Source: Mobula birostris (taxonomy: Eukaryota). Taken from it: DNA of 64,000 nucleotides. The notes beneath the pieces are model-generated. The model was not told where the DNA came from. It did no database searches and saw nothing but the letters and a program-made list of their open reading frames with translations. The position numbers were made by a program, and so were the translations under genes. The stretch covers positions 20,933,309 through 20,997,308 of the forward strand of contig NC_092379.1 of the NCBI RefSeq assembly GCF_030028105.1, given 5' to 3'. Every line of letters starts with the position of its first letter. Positions within the stretch are counted from its first letter, which is position 1. Of this stretch, positions 48,230-62,100 are shown one piece after another.

Positions 48230-51115
48230 ACGGTCAGATCCACCGACATCACGCCGGTGTTCTTTTCTGATCACTGCCTTCTGCGAGCCACTTGTCACTT
48301 ACGGGCGGATCGGAAGGCAGGTAGGGGGACATGGAAGCTGAACTTAAAGCTGCTGACCCCAGAGAACATAGAGGAACTAGAGAGAGAGAGAGTACACAGG
48401 TTGGAGAACCTTGAAAGTCTTCTTTGATTCCCCTGTTCACTGGTGGAAAGCCACCAAGGAGAACATCAAGAGGTTCTTCATTCGCAAGGGTATCCAGAAA
48501 GCAAAGCAGGAGTAGAGGGAACTGCATAAACTCCAGACAGAGCTGCAGCAACTTCTCCTTCTGCAGTCAAAGGGGGTGGATGACAGGAAGGAATTGCGAG
48601 AGATGAAAGGCCGGCAAGCCCAGCACCTCGCCGCTGAATCCTTCAAGATCATCTTCCGATCAAGGGTCCAAACCGTGAAGCAGGACAAGACGTGCTCACG
48701 CTTCTTCTTCCAAAAGGTGCACAGGAGGAGCTCTGTGTTCCACAACCTTAAGGAAGAGGACGCGTACATGCACACAGAGATACTGAGGATCTGCAGGCTC
48801 TACTATGCCGGTCAGTACGACGAAAAGGCTGCAGAATCCACAGCCTCCCGCAACTTCATCCTTTCCGTTGAGTCGAGTAAGACTCCCGGAAGCGACAGCT
48901 TACCGGCTGAGTTGTACTCGGCTCTGTGGAACTGGATAGGCCCTGACCTGCTGGACGTGTACAACGCCATGCTTCTGGCCGGCAGCATGCCAGAGTCCAT
49001 GAGGAAGGGCATCATCACCCTCATCTACAAGCAGAAGGGGGAAAGGGAGGACATTAGGAATTGGAGGCCCATCTCCCTCCAGAATGTGGATTACAGGATC
49101 CTGTCCAAGGCTATCGCCAACAGGGTCAAGTCTGCTGTGGGACAGGTGATCCACTTGGACCAAACCTGTGCTGTACTGGGCAGGAAGATCTCGGACAACC
49201 TCGCGCTGCTGAGAGACACCATCGGCTACGTGCAGGACGGGGGGGGGGGGCGGGGCGGGGGTGAACGCCTGCCTGGTCAGCTTGGACCAGGAGAAAGCCT
49301 TCGACAGGATATCGCACACGTATATGGCGGACGTGCTCTCCAAAATGGCATATGGGGAGGGAATCCGGAATTGGATCAGACTGCTCTACACAGACATTCG
49401 TAGTGCAGTCCAGGTCAACGGGTGGGAAACAGACAGCTTCCCCATGAGGTCTGGAGTTAGGCAGGGCTGTCCCCTCTCCCCTGTCTTGTTTGTGTGCTGC
49501 ATTGAACCCTTTGCCGAATCCATCAGGAGGGATGAGGGCATAAGAGGGGTGACGCTACCAGGCAGTGGAGGGACCCAAGTGAAAACCTCCCTGTAGATGG
49601 ACGACGTCACCGTCTTCTGCTCTGATCCGAGGTCAGTTCGCAGGCTGATCAGCATCTGCGAACAGTTTGAGCTAGCGTCGGGGGCCAAGCTCAACCGCAC
49701 GAAGAGCGAAGCTATGCTCTTCGGCAACCGGCCCGACCGATCCAGTGTCCCCTTCACCATCAGGTCTGACCACGTGAAGGTGTTGGGGATCTGGTTCGGA
49801 GGGGCTGAGGCGTGCAACAAGAACTGGCAGGAGCGGACTGCCAAGGTGAAAAAAGAAACTGGGACTGTGGGGAGGGCGCTCCCTATCGATAATGGGCAAG
49901 AACCTGGTCATCAGGTGTGAGGTGCTCTCAGGGCTGCTGTACTTGGCGCAGGTGTGGCCTGTCCCCAGCTCCTACAGCTCGAAAACTACCCGAACTGTCT
50001 TCAGATTCGTCTGGAGATCCAAGATGGAGCGGGTGAGACGGACTGTCATGCACAAGTCCCTGGACAATGGGGGCAAGAACGTCCCCAATGTCGCCGTCAC
50101 CCTGATGGCCAGCTTCGTGTGTGGCTGCATCAGGTTGTGTGTAGAACCCAGGTATCTGGGCACCAAGTAGCACTATGTGCCCAGGTTCTACCTGTCGCCC
50201 TGGCTACGAAGGATGGGTCTGGCCCCACTCCCGCGTAATGCCCCAGTCAGCTGGTGTGTTGCCGCCATCCCTGTCCTTCGTAGAAAAGTTCTTCCAGGAG
50301 AACACCTTTGACCATAGGGCCATCATCAGTGGTCGACACGTAATGTCCTGCAGGCACTGCAGGAGAAGGACGTGATGGACACAGTCGGGTGGTCCCCTAA
50401 TCAAACCGTCCAGTTTATCTGGCAAAATGCGTCATTGCCAGACCTCATCAACAGGCGCCAGGACCTCGCCTGGCTGGCAGTGAGAGGGGTCCTCCCTGTC
50501 AGACCCCTCCTGTACGCCCGGAACTTCGCCTCCACACCCCACTGCCCACGGGAGGACTGCAGTTAGTTCGCAGAGAAGGTGTGGAGGAGGATGGACGGGC
50601 TAGTGTCACGTCTCATCCCCAGCAACTGCGTAACAGAGGACTCTCTGATCTACGGGCTGTTCCCGGGGACGCACACGGAGCCCAACATCTGGTGCTGCTG
50701 ACAGATCATCAACTCGTTGAAAGACGCTCTTTGGTCGGCCCGAAACTTCATGATCTTCCAGCACATGGAGATGTCCGTGGCAGAATGCTGCCGACTGGTA
50801 TATTCTCGGCTGCAGGAGTACGTGCTGAGGGACACACTGAAACTTGGTGCAGCCACCGCAAGGGCCCGGTGAGGAAGGACCACATTTTAGGGTTCTTCTC
50901 CTGCGGGAGTGGTCGGGGTCGGGTGCGAGGAGTATACTCCTCAACAATGGTGTGTGAAGGTGAACCAACGGATTGACACGTGGGTGGCTAAAGTATGGAT
51001 CGCTCGAGCCCATAAAGGAAAAGTATGTAAACGATTAAGAATCATTGAATTCTTTATTGTATATAATTTTATTTTCGAATAAAGTATATTTTGAAATATC
51101 AAAAAACAAAAAAAA
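48230..51115 (+). mobile_element. 5'-truncated Tx1-clade LINE inserted into the L1 ORF2
   Basis: KTPGSDSLPAELY, NWRPISLQNVDYRILSK, SLDQEKAFDRI, SGVRQGCPLSP, (Y)MDDVTVF; AATAAA plus A-tail at about 51078-51115. The host L1 reading LILD|APITEEEI rejoins across the insert. Confidence 0.92.
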
Positions 51116-53591
51116 TCTAATATTAAACATTCATTAAGTAGTAATTCTGGAATATTCAATTTTCTTAGATATTCATGCATTGTGGTAGAATCGTTAGGAA
51201 ATTCTGATTGGTATAAAGAGGTACAGAATTCTTGAAAAGATTTATTAATTTTATCATGATCAACCGTCAAAGTACAATCACGTTTAGGAACTTTAATAAC
51301 CTAACGTTTAGCCGAAGCAGCTATCAATTGGTTGGCCAGTAATTTAACCGATTTATCACCATGTATATAAAATTGACTCTTAGATTTAAGTAATTGATTT
51401 TCAGGTGGGGATGCTAATAACAAACTGTTGCATCTGAATTTCAACTCTCTTTTTGTAAAGCTCCAAAGTAGAAGCAACAGAATATTTTTTTTACCAGTTT
51501 ATTTAATCTTATCAACCAATGTACGTATTTCATTATTAATTCGTTTTTACAACCCAGCAGAATATGAAATAATTTGCCCAGGGATATATGTTTTAAAAGT
51601 GTCCATAATATCCCACTGGGAATTTCTTCCATAAAACGAGTTGAGAAAAAGGCAATCTGTTCTTTAATACAGTTAACAAAATTTAAGACCTGAAGCAGAG
51701 TAGTATTGAACCACCATTGTTTAACACTGAAAGTTACATCAGTTAATTTGATTGACAGTTTCAGGGGCGCATGATCAGAGACGGCAATTGCATCATACTC
51801 AGGCAGTAACAGATGAAACTAATTGAAAGTCAAAAAAAAGTAGTCAATTCTGGAGTAATTATGATATACATGACAAAAGAACGAGAACTCTTTATCGTTA
51901 GGATATAACAACCTCTAAACTTCTAAAATTCTGGAGTCGACTGAAAAGGAGTTGATAAATAAACGGATTTGTTTGGAAGTACCTGACTGGGTGCAGACCT
52001 GTCCATCGAGGGGTTCAGGCAACAGTTAAAATCCCCGCCCATTATCAACGTATGTTCATTTAAATTAGGAAGAGATGCAAATAAATGCTTAAAGAATTCA
52101 GGATAATCGGTATTTGGTGCATAGATATTAACCATAACAACTTTTTGATTATAAAGTAAACTAGTACTTAACAGAAATCTACCATTCGGGTCTGAAGTTG
52201 TTTCATAGTGAACAAATGAAATCGAGGAATCTATAAAAATAGAGACTACTTATCACCTTAGCCTGTGAATTAGAGAGAAATTGTCATTTTTTTCCAAAAC
52301 CTAAAAAAACGCTGATTATCTTCCTTCCTTACATGAGTCTCCTGGGCAAAGATAATCTGAGCATTCAATCTATGGAAACCTTGCAAAAACCTTGCTGAAT
52401 AGGAAATTCATGAATCAGGAAGTGGGAAAAAGTTTTAAAGAGGAACCGGAAGTTACGACAATTCAGACATATTTGTAGTTTCGGATCAGCCCAGATGGGA
52501 AAAAAAATCAAACTAAAAATAGCCCCAACTCCACCCAAAAAAGCCCTAAAACTGGCCAATAGACAGCCAGAAAGCTATCTAGACACTCCCCTACCGCCAT
52601 CTCTCTTGAATGCAAGTCTCCAATGAAAAACGAATGCAAAGCACCACCAGCAGTCAAAACTTTAAGAGAATGCCATAAAAAAAAACACCAAACAAATGTT
52701 AAAAACTGTCGTTTGCAAAACATTTTGAAAGGCAAGATATTGGAAAGTGATAAAAAAATGCAATCTTATTAATATTTCAAGAAAAAAAAATTAATCGCCA
52801 AATCAGATTCTTAATTATTTTCAAGAGCAAACAATTGAAAATAATGGAACAGAATAATAAAGGGAGAGAAAGAAAAAGGAACTTTAACATAAAAGCATGA
52901 TAAATATCCATACTCCAAAACAAAGTACGAGCGTTATCGAAGCAAGGGCAAAATTTTCAAACTTTGAAAGTCCAAATCTATGAACTGGTTATTAACTTAT
53001 AAACAATTGAATACAGACATGAAAAAAAATAGTAAATTTAATCGACAGCTGAGATCGAACGTTGATCAAGGAACTAATGAGTTTTGTCCACAGATTTAAA
53101 CCATTTACATGATTTATCAGACAGAACAATCTTTAGGCGAGCTGAAAATAGCAGAACTGGTTGGAACTTTCTTTGATAGAGCTCGGACATCATCAGTTTA
53201 TAAGTCAAAGGAATACAAACATGAAGAAACAGCAAATTTGTTAGACGTCTCAGCTCGAACTTTGATCCTCAAGGAATTGATATCCTTCGTCCATGGATTT
53301 AAACCATTTACGCGATTTATCAGGCAGAACAACCCTTACGCGAGCTGGAAATACCAGAGCTGGTCAGAAATGTCTTTGATAACTCGGACATCAGCGGTTT
53401 AAAAGTGATCTTTCTTGCAATTCCTCAGGACTGTAGTCTTCAACCAGATGAAACTTGAGATCTCCATGCACAATAACCCCTTTCCAACAAGCAATTAGAA
53501 TCGAATGCTACTTAGTATGCACATAATGAAATCACAGTATCACCTGTTGGCGTTCCAACTCCTTAGAGGGTTTAATTCTTAAAGACCAGTC

Positions 53592-54867
53592 TGTCACACT
53601 GGCAGGGAATTGGAAGCAAGGGTGGACCTGAATGCAAGACACATCTTGTGAGGTTCCCTAGATTTAGTTTTTTCTTCGATGCCAGGAGAGCGAGGCAGAA
53701 GCAGGAAATAGCAAACTGGACAAGGACTCAGGACTACAACTAGGCTGGGACCAAGGGTCTGGGCTTAGACTCAGAATCAGCTCCCAGAACTAAAGGAGAC
53801 ATGAAGAGGCTAGGGTATGGACTCCGAGCCAGAGACTGGGCAAGGACTCAGTACCTGGGTCTTGCCTCAGGCTCAGACCCCAGAACCAGGCAAGGACATG
53901 ACATGGGCTAGGGAGAGGAGGAACATGGAAACAGAGCCTCAGTCTCAGGGAGCAGGTACATGGAACCATGGACACATACATAGAACACAGAGTCAGGACC
54001 TCTCCTTGGGTACAGGACATAGTGCCAGGACTCATGACCCTCCACGGGGCAACGGCAAGACAGCCTGACTTACCCCACAGAGGCAAGGACAAGACAAGAC
54101 AGAACATGACCCCCACGTGGTAACAGCAAGACAGCCTGACCTACCCCCATGGAGGCAAGGACCAGACAAGGCAAGACATGACCCCCCCCCCCCGGAGCAA
54201 CGGCAAAACAGCCTGACTTACCCCACGGAGGCGAGGACAAGACAAGACAAGACCAACACAAATGAACACCAGACAGTACCTATCTAGTTCTGGTGATGGA
54301 ACTAGACCAAAGTGCAGGGGCTGCAGACGAGGGCTAGAGGCGGGAGGGGCAGAGAATGGATTCAAACAAGGGGGTAGGACAGGAATCACAGACCGCCGGG
54401 GCCAGGACTTGACTTGTGCTTCAATGCCGCCGGGGCCAGGACTTTGCTTGGAGCCTCCGGGTAGTGGCGAGCGCTCGACTCGGCCCGGGAACAGTAGACA
54501 GCGGTTCTTGTTTCCCTCCGGCGGGTTAACTGACGGACCCACCTCGGTGAGGAAACTTTACAGGCTCGCTTTGGCGAGGTAACTGGACAGGGTTGTGCCG
54601 GTGAGCTGAGGCGAATTACCGGCACTCGCTTCGGCAGAGACTAGGCTTGCTCCGGCCATATAACACCAGCACACCGAACCTTAGATAACTTTGCAGACAC
54701 TCCCACACCGAACGCCTGAAAGACGGAGACTATAAACTACCGGTTCAGCCAAGTGTTAATTGCCTCTAATCACCAAAGTCGAGGGACACGGGAAAACAGG
54801 GAATGAACGGTCCGGATCGTAACATAAACAAGGTAAATTTAAAGGGACCCCGATCTGGATCATGACA
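53592..54867. mobile_element. Solo Gypsy-type LTR inserted in L1 ORF1, with internal tandem repeats of about 65-70 bp (54050-54250)
   Basis: TGTCA...TGACA termini; flanks cagtc and cagtg look like a target-site duplication with one mismatch. Confidence 0.8.
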
Positions 54868-55519
54868 CAGTGGGTTCAATAGAGTATAGGGGGAGAAGAA
54901 AAAATATCAGAACCGAACACCTCCATTAAAAATTGAGAAAAAAATTTAGTAAGGTCACCGCTCTCAACGTCTTCACTGAGTCCAATTATTCGCAAATTCT
55001 GTCTCCGACTACGACTCTCCAAGTCAATAGTTTTGACTTTATATTGTTCCAGTGTTTGAGTGGTCAAAGTTAATTTCTTTTCCAATAGATCCAGTCTGCG
55101 ATCTCTCTGTCTCCCAGCTTCAACGTGTTTGGAAATTTGTTGTAGTTGCTTTTTGCTTTCCCGCTTAAGTACTGCCAATCTACCTTCGATCTCCTTTAAC
55201 AGTACTTCCAAAGTAGCAAATCTTTTATCGAATTTATCATCCAGAATCTTCGTGATAGCCTCAAAAGTAAGTTCAGACTGTTTAGGCTGTTTAGAAACAG
55301 CTTCTTTCTTTCCATTTCCGTTACCGGCTTCCTAACCTTCAGCTAATGCCTTTTTCCTCTGGTAGTCATTTCCATCGATTAAAAATCAAAATTCAAGCAT
55401 ATAAAAGTGTTATAAACCCTTTGATATAGATAGTAAAAGTGTGGTAAAAAGATTGAAAAATGAACGGAGCAAAGCCAAAATCCGACCTACTCCATCTAGC
55501 GCCCCAAGAGAGATCTACA

Positions 55520-56030
55520 TACTAAGTTCCGCATGACTTTGGTGCCAATATGCATCACGACCTCTGGTATTCACATTCCACCTTGAGAATTTCCTGCAGC
55601 CTCTCTGATACATCCTGGAACCTAGCACCCGGGAGGGAACACACCACCCTGGTGTTGGTTTTGCAGGTACAGAATCTCCTCTCTGTCCCCTTAGCTAACA
55701 AGTCCCTTATCACTATCGCACTGCCTGACTTCACTCTTCCCTGCTGAGCCTCAGAGCTGGCCACAGTGCCACTAGCCTGGCTGCTGCTGCTGTGCCCTGA
55801 TGGGTCACCCCCCACAGCAGTATCCAAAGAGGTATACCTGTTGCTGAGGCCAATTGCCACAGGGGAAACTTGCAATGACTGCTTAATCCCCTTACTTCTC
55901 CTGATGGCCACCCATCTACTGTGTGAAGCCTGTACTCTGGGTGTAACCACCTCTTCAATAGTCTCACCTATAACGTCTTCAGCTTCCCGGATGATCCCGA
56001 GTACATCCAACTCCAGCTCCAGTGGAGTAT
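55520..56030 (-). mobile_element. CR1 ORF1 (SGNH esterase-like) remnant
   Basis: ORF 55555..56010: LSNRYTSL, AIVIRDL...RVVCSLPGARFQDVSERL. Confidence 0.7.
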
Positions 56031-57400
56031 TACACTGGGGTAAAGGGAATTACAGAGTCACGAGAGAGGAGCTAGCCAATGTTGAATGGAAGGGAACACT
56101 AACAGAGATGATCGCAGAGGAGCAAAGGCAAGTATTCTGGAGGCAGGATGACATTCCATGGCTGACAAGGAAAGTCAAAGCCAACGTAAAAACAAAAGAA
56201 AAGGCCAATGATACAGCAACATCTAATGGTGAGTTAGAGGAATGGGATGCTTTTCAAAACCAACAGAAGGCATCTAAAAAAGCTGTAAAGAGTGAAAAGA
56301 TGAGATATGAAGGAAAGTTAGACAATAATATGAAAGAGGATACCAAAAGATTTTTCAGACATATAAAGTGTAAAAGTGAGGCTGAGTAGATATCGGACCG
56401 CTGGGAAATAACACTAGAGAGGTAGTAATGGGGGACAAGGAAATGGTGGACAAACTAAATAAATATTTTCCATCAGTCTTCACTGTGGAACATGCTCACA
56501 GTTTGCTGGAGGTTTGAGAATGTCACAGGGCATAAGGGAGAAGGTGCTTCAGAAGCTGAACGGTCTGAAGGTAAATAAGTCACCTGAACCAGATGGACTA
56601 CACCCCAGATTTCTGAAAGAGACAGCTGCAGAGATTGTGGAGATATTAGCAATGATTTTTCAAGAATCACTAGATTCTGGCATGGTTCTGGAGGAAGTGT
56701 AATATTTTGGAAAGTTAAATGAAGGTAAGAATTTCACAGTGGCTGATAGGACCCTGGAGAGTGTTGTGGAACAGAGACCTCTTGGTGTTCAAATACATGT
56801 GGAGTCACAGGTAGACAGGCTGGTGAAGAAGATTGTTGTTATGCTGGTCTTCATCAATCAGAACATTATGTATAAAAGTTTGGAGCACATGTTTGGATAG
56901 TAGAAGGTGTTGGTGAGGTTGCATTTGGAGTATTGTGTTCAGTTTTTATTCATCCTGCTGGTGAAAAAAGATGTTATTAATCAGGAAAGAGTGCAGAAAA
57001 GATTTACAAGGATGTTGCTATGACTTGAGTTAAAGGAACAGTTTGGCTGGACTGCAACTTTCTTTGGAGTAAATATACAAATTGCATAATATAAGATTTA
57101 TTCATGATCACTGTGGAGAGTCAATGTAACAGTGTGATGGGATGTTTTCCTGCTACTGTACTTGTTTATTAAATCTCTAACAAACTTTAACTTCCTCAGT
57201 TCTGGTTGAAAACTCTGACTTGTAGGAGATTGAGTGGTGACTTTACAGAGATGTAAATAATGAAGAGGGCCATGGATAGGAAAAGTTCCCACAAAACGCT
57301 GGCAAGGTGACTAGCTTGGATGGGCATCATGGTCAGCATGGATGAGTTGGGCCGAAGGGTCTGTTTCCATGCCCCTTGACTCTCTGACATTACAAATGCC
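56030..57400 (+). mobile_element. Degenerate CR1 ORF2 fragments and 3' end
   Basis: LKVNKSPEPDGLHPRFLKE; tail gggccgaagggtctgtttccatg. Confidence 0.75.
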
Positions 57401-58059
57401 AGTCCAACTTACCGTGGCTAATTAACCCACCAACAGGCATGCACTTAGGATGCAGAAGGAAGGCAATTTCAGCGTGATGATTTCATCTGACAAGCTCCTG
57501 CAGACTCAGGAACTCCTGACGCTCTGGAAGTCACCGACATCCCCACCCTCTCTGACTGATACCCAGTGGCTGTCAGACAGTATTACAACAGTTAGTTTAT
57601 TGAAGCCTGAATAATTATTGGGGGTGTTCCTCTGACCTAGTGGTTACAGTTTATCACTGCGAGGTAACAAATGCTCCCTGTCAAATTGATTTCAACGCAG
57701 ACACAAGAGTCTGCAGGTGCTGGGATCTGGAGTGCCACACAATCTGTTAGAGGCTTGAGCATTTTCCATCTTTACCGCAGTCTCAAAGTACAGATTAGCC
57801 TTTAGGGAACCCTGAAGGAAGACTCCTAAGTCCCTTTTCACCTCTGAGTTTTGAATTTCCTCCCCATTTAGAAAATAGTCCAAGTCTTTATTCCTTCTGC
57901 CAAAATGCATGACCGTGCCTTTCCCTAAACTATATACCAGCAGCCACTTCTTTACCCATTCTTCCAGTCCAAGTCCTTCCGCAGAAACCCTGCTTCCTCA
58001 ACACTATCTGCCACTTCCACCTATCTTCTTATCATCTGCAAACCTGGCCACAAAGCCGT

Positions 58060-58920
58060 CAATTCCTCCTTCCAAATGTTTGACATAAAATGATCCCCAC
58101 TGATCTCCCTCCTGGCACTTATCCTTGTAAGAGGAATAATTGCTACACATGCCCTTACATTTCCTCCCTCACTACCATTCAGGGCCCCAGACGGTCCTTC
58201 CAGGTGAGGCGATACTTCACCTGTGAGTCGGCTGGTGTGATATACTGCATCTGGTGCTCCCAATGCAGCCGGGACGAGACCCGATGCAGACTGGTAGACC
58301 ATTTCACTGAACACCTATGCTCTGTTAGCCAGAGAAAGCAGGATCTCCCAGTGGCCACACATTTTAATTCCACGTCCCATTCCCATTCTGATATATCTAT
58401 CCATGGCCTCCTCTACTGTAAAGATGAACCCACACTCAGGTTGGAGGAACAACATCTTATATTCCGTCTGGGTAGCCTCCAACCTGGTGGCATGAGCACT
58501 GAGTTCTCAAACTTCTGCTAATGCCCCACCACCCCCTCGTACCCCATCCGTTATTTATTTATTTATATACACACATTATTTTTCTCTCTCTCCTTTTTCT
58601 CCCACTGTCACTCTCACTATACTCCTTGCCCATCTTCTGGGCTTCTCCCCTCCCCCTTTCTTTCTCCTGAGGCCTCCTGTCCCATGATCCTCTCGTATCC
58701 CTTTTGCCAATCACCTGTCCAGCTCTTGGCTCCGTCCCTTCCCCTCCTGTCTTCTCCTATCATTTTGGATCTCCCCCTCCCCCTCCCACTTTCAAATCTC
58801 TTACTAGCTCTTCTTTCAATTAGTCCTGACGAAGGGTCTTGGCCAGTACTGTCGACTATACCTCATCCTATAGATGCTTCCTGGCCTGCTGCGTTCACCA
58901 GCAACTTTTATGTGTGTTGA
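58060..58920 (+). mobile_element. Penelope-like element 3' part (GIY-YIG), same family as 25768-27190
   Basis: ORF 58090..58521: PGTYPCKRNNCYTC...VIYCIWCSQC...EHL...LGSLQPGGM; same terminal motif. Confidence 0.9.
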
Positions 58921-58934
58921 CCGACCTTTGCTAT

Positions 58935-59100
58935 TGTGTACTTAATGTTTCAGAAATATTTGAATAATTTTTTTATATATTGTTTGATGAAGCATTTTTG
59001 TTCACTTAATTAAGTCATTATGGGTTATGTGCATAAATACGTGAATTATGTACTGTATGACATCACACTGCACGTACGTGTGCAACTTGCTTAATGTAAA
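58935..59100 (+). mobile_element. Partial LTR, homologous to 63690-63850
   Basis: Shared blocks tttcag.aatattt, tatattgtttgat.aagcatt, taagtcattatgggttat and aatacgtgaatt. Confidence 0.7.
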
Positions 59101-62100
59101 TGTAACTCTCGCTTCAGCTAGCGACTTAATATAGGGGATGATAGCCCCTGGCCCGGCCAAACTTAAGAAATCTCGTTTGGGTGGATGATGCACAATGTGT
59201 CCCCTGTTACAAATCAGTACCCCAAAATAACAAACAATACACGATTTGCGATTGAATGATTAAATTTTATAATTCTTACTTTGACTATATGATTCGTAAA
59301 GAAACAAAAAAAAAGAAAAAAAGCCCAACCTTATGAAACAGTCTGTTGCGCAATGTTGGAGCTCACTGAGAAGCTGATCGTCCACCATCGACCTCCTCCG
59401 ATCGTCACTGCCCTTTGGACCATCGCTCCAAGTCCGGCGGTCTACCAACTCTCTCCATTCGAATCTTCTCTCCTCATCTCTCCCCAGCAAAAGACAACAA
59501 AAATCTCTCTTTCAGACTCACAAGAAAGAACAACAGCATTCTAAACCCTGTTACTCTAGTCATAACCCAAACATTGCTGCTACAGAGAAACAATTACAAT
59601 ATCAGTGAAACCCTACAGCATGTTACACTTTCCTCCCGCCAAATTTAGTCATGCCCTCATGACGTTGAGATAATTTGCCAACCCTTCCTGCAAAACAAAA
59701 AGCCCAATCCAGGTGTAAAAGGCAGTGACATAGCTCCCCAACACAGTAGGGGTCACACTCGCTTCCCCTGGTGCTCATAGGCCAACCCATCTGGTGATCT
59801 CCTAATTCTCTGAGACCTTCTCACCCCATCATCTAACTTTTCAGGCTCTGACACTACTGGGGATACTCTGGTCTACCTGGTGAGGCCTCCCCCGATCTAT
59901 CACTCATAACCACCTGCAACTTGGAGCCCTCTATCCCGTGATGAAACTCCGCTTCCTCCCCTGTACAGTCCTACTGCAACCCAGGCCGCCCACAGATAGC
60001 GCCCCCCCCCCTCCACTTCACCTGTCTCAAAGGGAGAAGAGCCGGGAGTCTCTTCCTCAATCACTGGGGAGTTAGCGAATGGCAGCATATACCGCACATC
60101 CAGGTCCTCATCCTCAGTGTCAGTGTCCCTCTCAGGAGTCGGGCTGGCCTAACCTTGCCGGCTGGGGGCCCGGTAATCACCGTGCATTTCCCCAGAGTCC
60201 TCTTATTAGGTGTAGGCTCCAAGTTGGGCTCTGGGTCTACCTGTATCTCCTGACCCAAGGGCAACAGATGGTTCCGATGGAGAATCTTGACAGGCCCATT
60301 CCATCTTCTGGTTTCATCTGGTAAACTGGTAGGTTTGGCATCTGACTCTCCACCACATAGGGTGTAGCTGCCCAGTGGTCAGCCAACTTATGCTTTCCAG
60401 GCAGCCCCAAATTCCTTCTGAGGACTCTTGTCTCCCGGCAGGAGTTAGGAGAACCTCACCTTTTGATCATACCTTCTCTTATTTCCTTGATTCTGCTTGG
60501 CAGCCATGACCCCAGCTAATTCATAAGCCCTTGTCAGCTTTCTTCTCATGACAGACACATTCTTCAGATAAGACTTTTAGTGGTAAATCACCCTCGTTAG
60601 TCCCAAAACGAAGGTCAATGGGCAATCTTGCCTCGTGCCCAAGCATCAGAAATTATGGCAAGTACCCAGTAGCTTCATTTTGTGTACAATTATAACTGTG
60701 GACCAGATGCCAAAAATGTTGACTCCAGTTGCTCTTTTCGCTGATCTCCAGGGTCCCGAGCATGTCTAGCAAGGTCCAATTAAACTTCTCTGGCTGGGGA
60801 TCACCCTGTGGGTGATAGGGCGTGGTCCTCGACTTCTCAACTTCAAGCATGCTCAGTAAATCACGATGAGTCTGCTCTCGAAATCCCTTCCCCGATCACT
60901 ATGTATTCACCTGGGAAGGTCATAATAAATGAAATACTTCTCCCATAATACCTTTGCCACTATAGACGCCCTCTAGTCCTTGGGCGGAAAAGCCTGAGCA
61001 TATCTGGTGTAGTGGTCCGTGATGACTAAGATATTTGCCGTGTTGCTGGCACCAAGGTTCTATTGACAGGAAATCCATACACACCAGGTCCAAAGGCCCC
61101 TCACTCTGCAGGTGGAACTAGGAAAATGCCCGCGTAGGCAGTGTCTTCCGCTGTATGCATTGAATGCATGATTTGCAGCATTCTTCGACCTCTGACTTCA
61201 TTCGGGGATGGTAAAACCGGTCTCCGAGCAATCCATAGGTATTTTCCATCCCCAAATGTTCAGAATCTTCATGAAGTGGTTTAAACACCATCCTCCGATA
61301 CTTCTCGGGCAGAACCAGCCGGCAACGCTGGGGTCGGTCTGGAGGTGACGTGACCCGGTATAAGATCTGGTTCTTCATCTCCAACTGAGGCCATTCTCGT
61401 GGTAACGGAGGCACCGACGCGTGTTTCATCCTCTCTGCCTGAGCCATGTCTCCCTTTTCGACCGCTGCCCAAATGGTACCAATGCCTGGATCATCTCGCT
61501 GAGCAGCAGCCATTTCCCCTAAACTCAATTCTGATTTGTCTTCAGTTCAGTCAGGTTGCAATAAACTTGGGGGATAGCATCATCAGAGGCCCCCAATTGA
61601 TCCATTGCACATTCCTGCCCCTCTTTTCCCTCTGCCTTCATGGTGATGGCAAACTGACACAGGGCCTTCACCCCCAGGGCAGGAACGTTCTCCCACTCCT
61701 CGTCCCTGACCAGTCCCTCATGCGCCCGTCTGGACAAAGCATCAGCATCAATGTTCCAGCTTCCCGGCTGGTACTTCAGGCTGAAATCAGAGGCAGACAA
61801 CACCACCAACCACCGATGGCCTGTGGCATCCAGTTTTGCCGAGGTCAGGATATAAGTTAGGGAGTTGTTGTCCGTCCTCACCTCAGTGGTCAACTTTCCT
61901 CCTTTTTCCAATAGTTTCTCCCCGGCATGTTTCACAGGGGCATTAGACATTACTGTCACCAGGAACAAATGCGCCAGGCTTCCCCCGCTTGAAGGTGACC
62001 CCCCCCCCTTCGTAGTGTTCCTGACAATCACTGCCATCCTGCATTCCTGTACAACCAAGGGCTTCTGCAATTTGGGCCTCACCAGTACCCACAGGAAATC

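Larger units (their letters stand above)
45500..55510 (-). mobile_element. Near full-length but decayed L1-clade LINE (ORF1 about 53050-55370, ORF2 about 45800-52380) carrying two nested insertions
   Basis: ORF1 IDLESRSRRQNLRIIGLSE; APE NIYAPNTD...LIMGGDFNCCL; RT LSVDSKMLSKIL, ISLDTEKAFDRV; T-rich (poly-A on minus) end near 45500. Confidence 0.9.
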
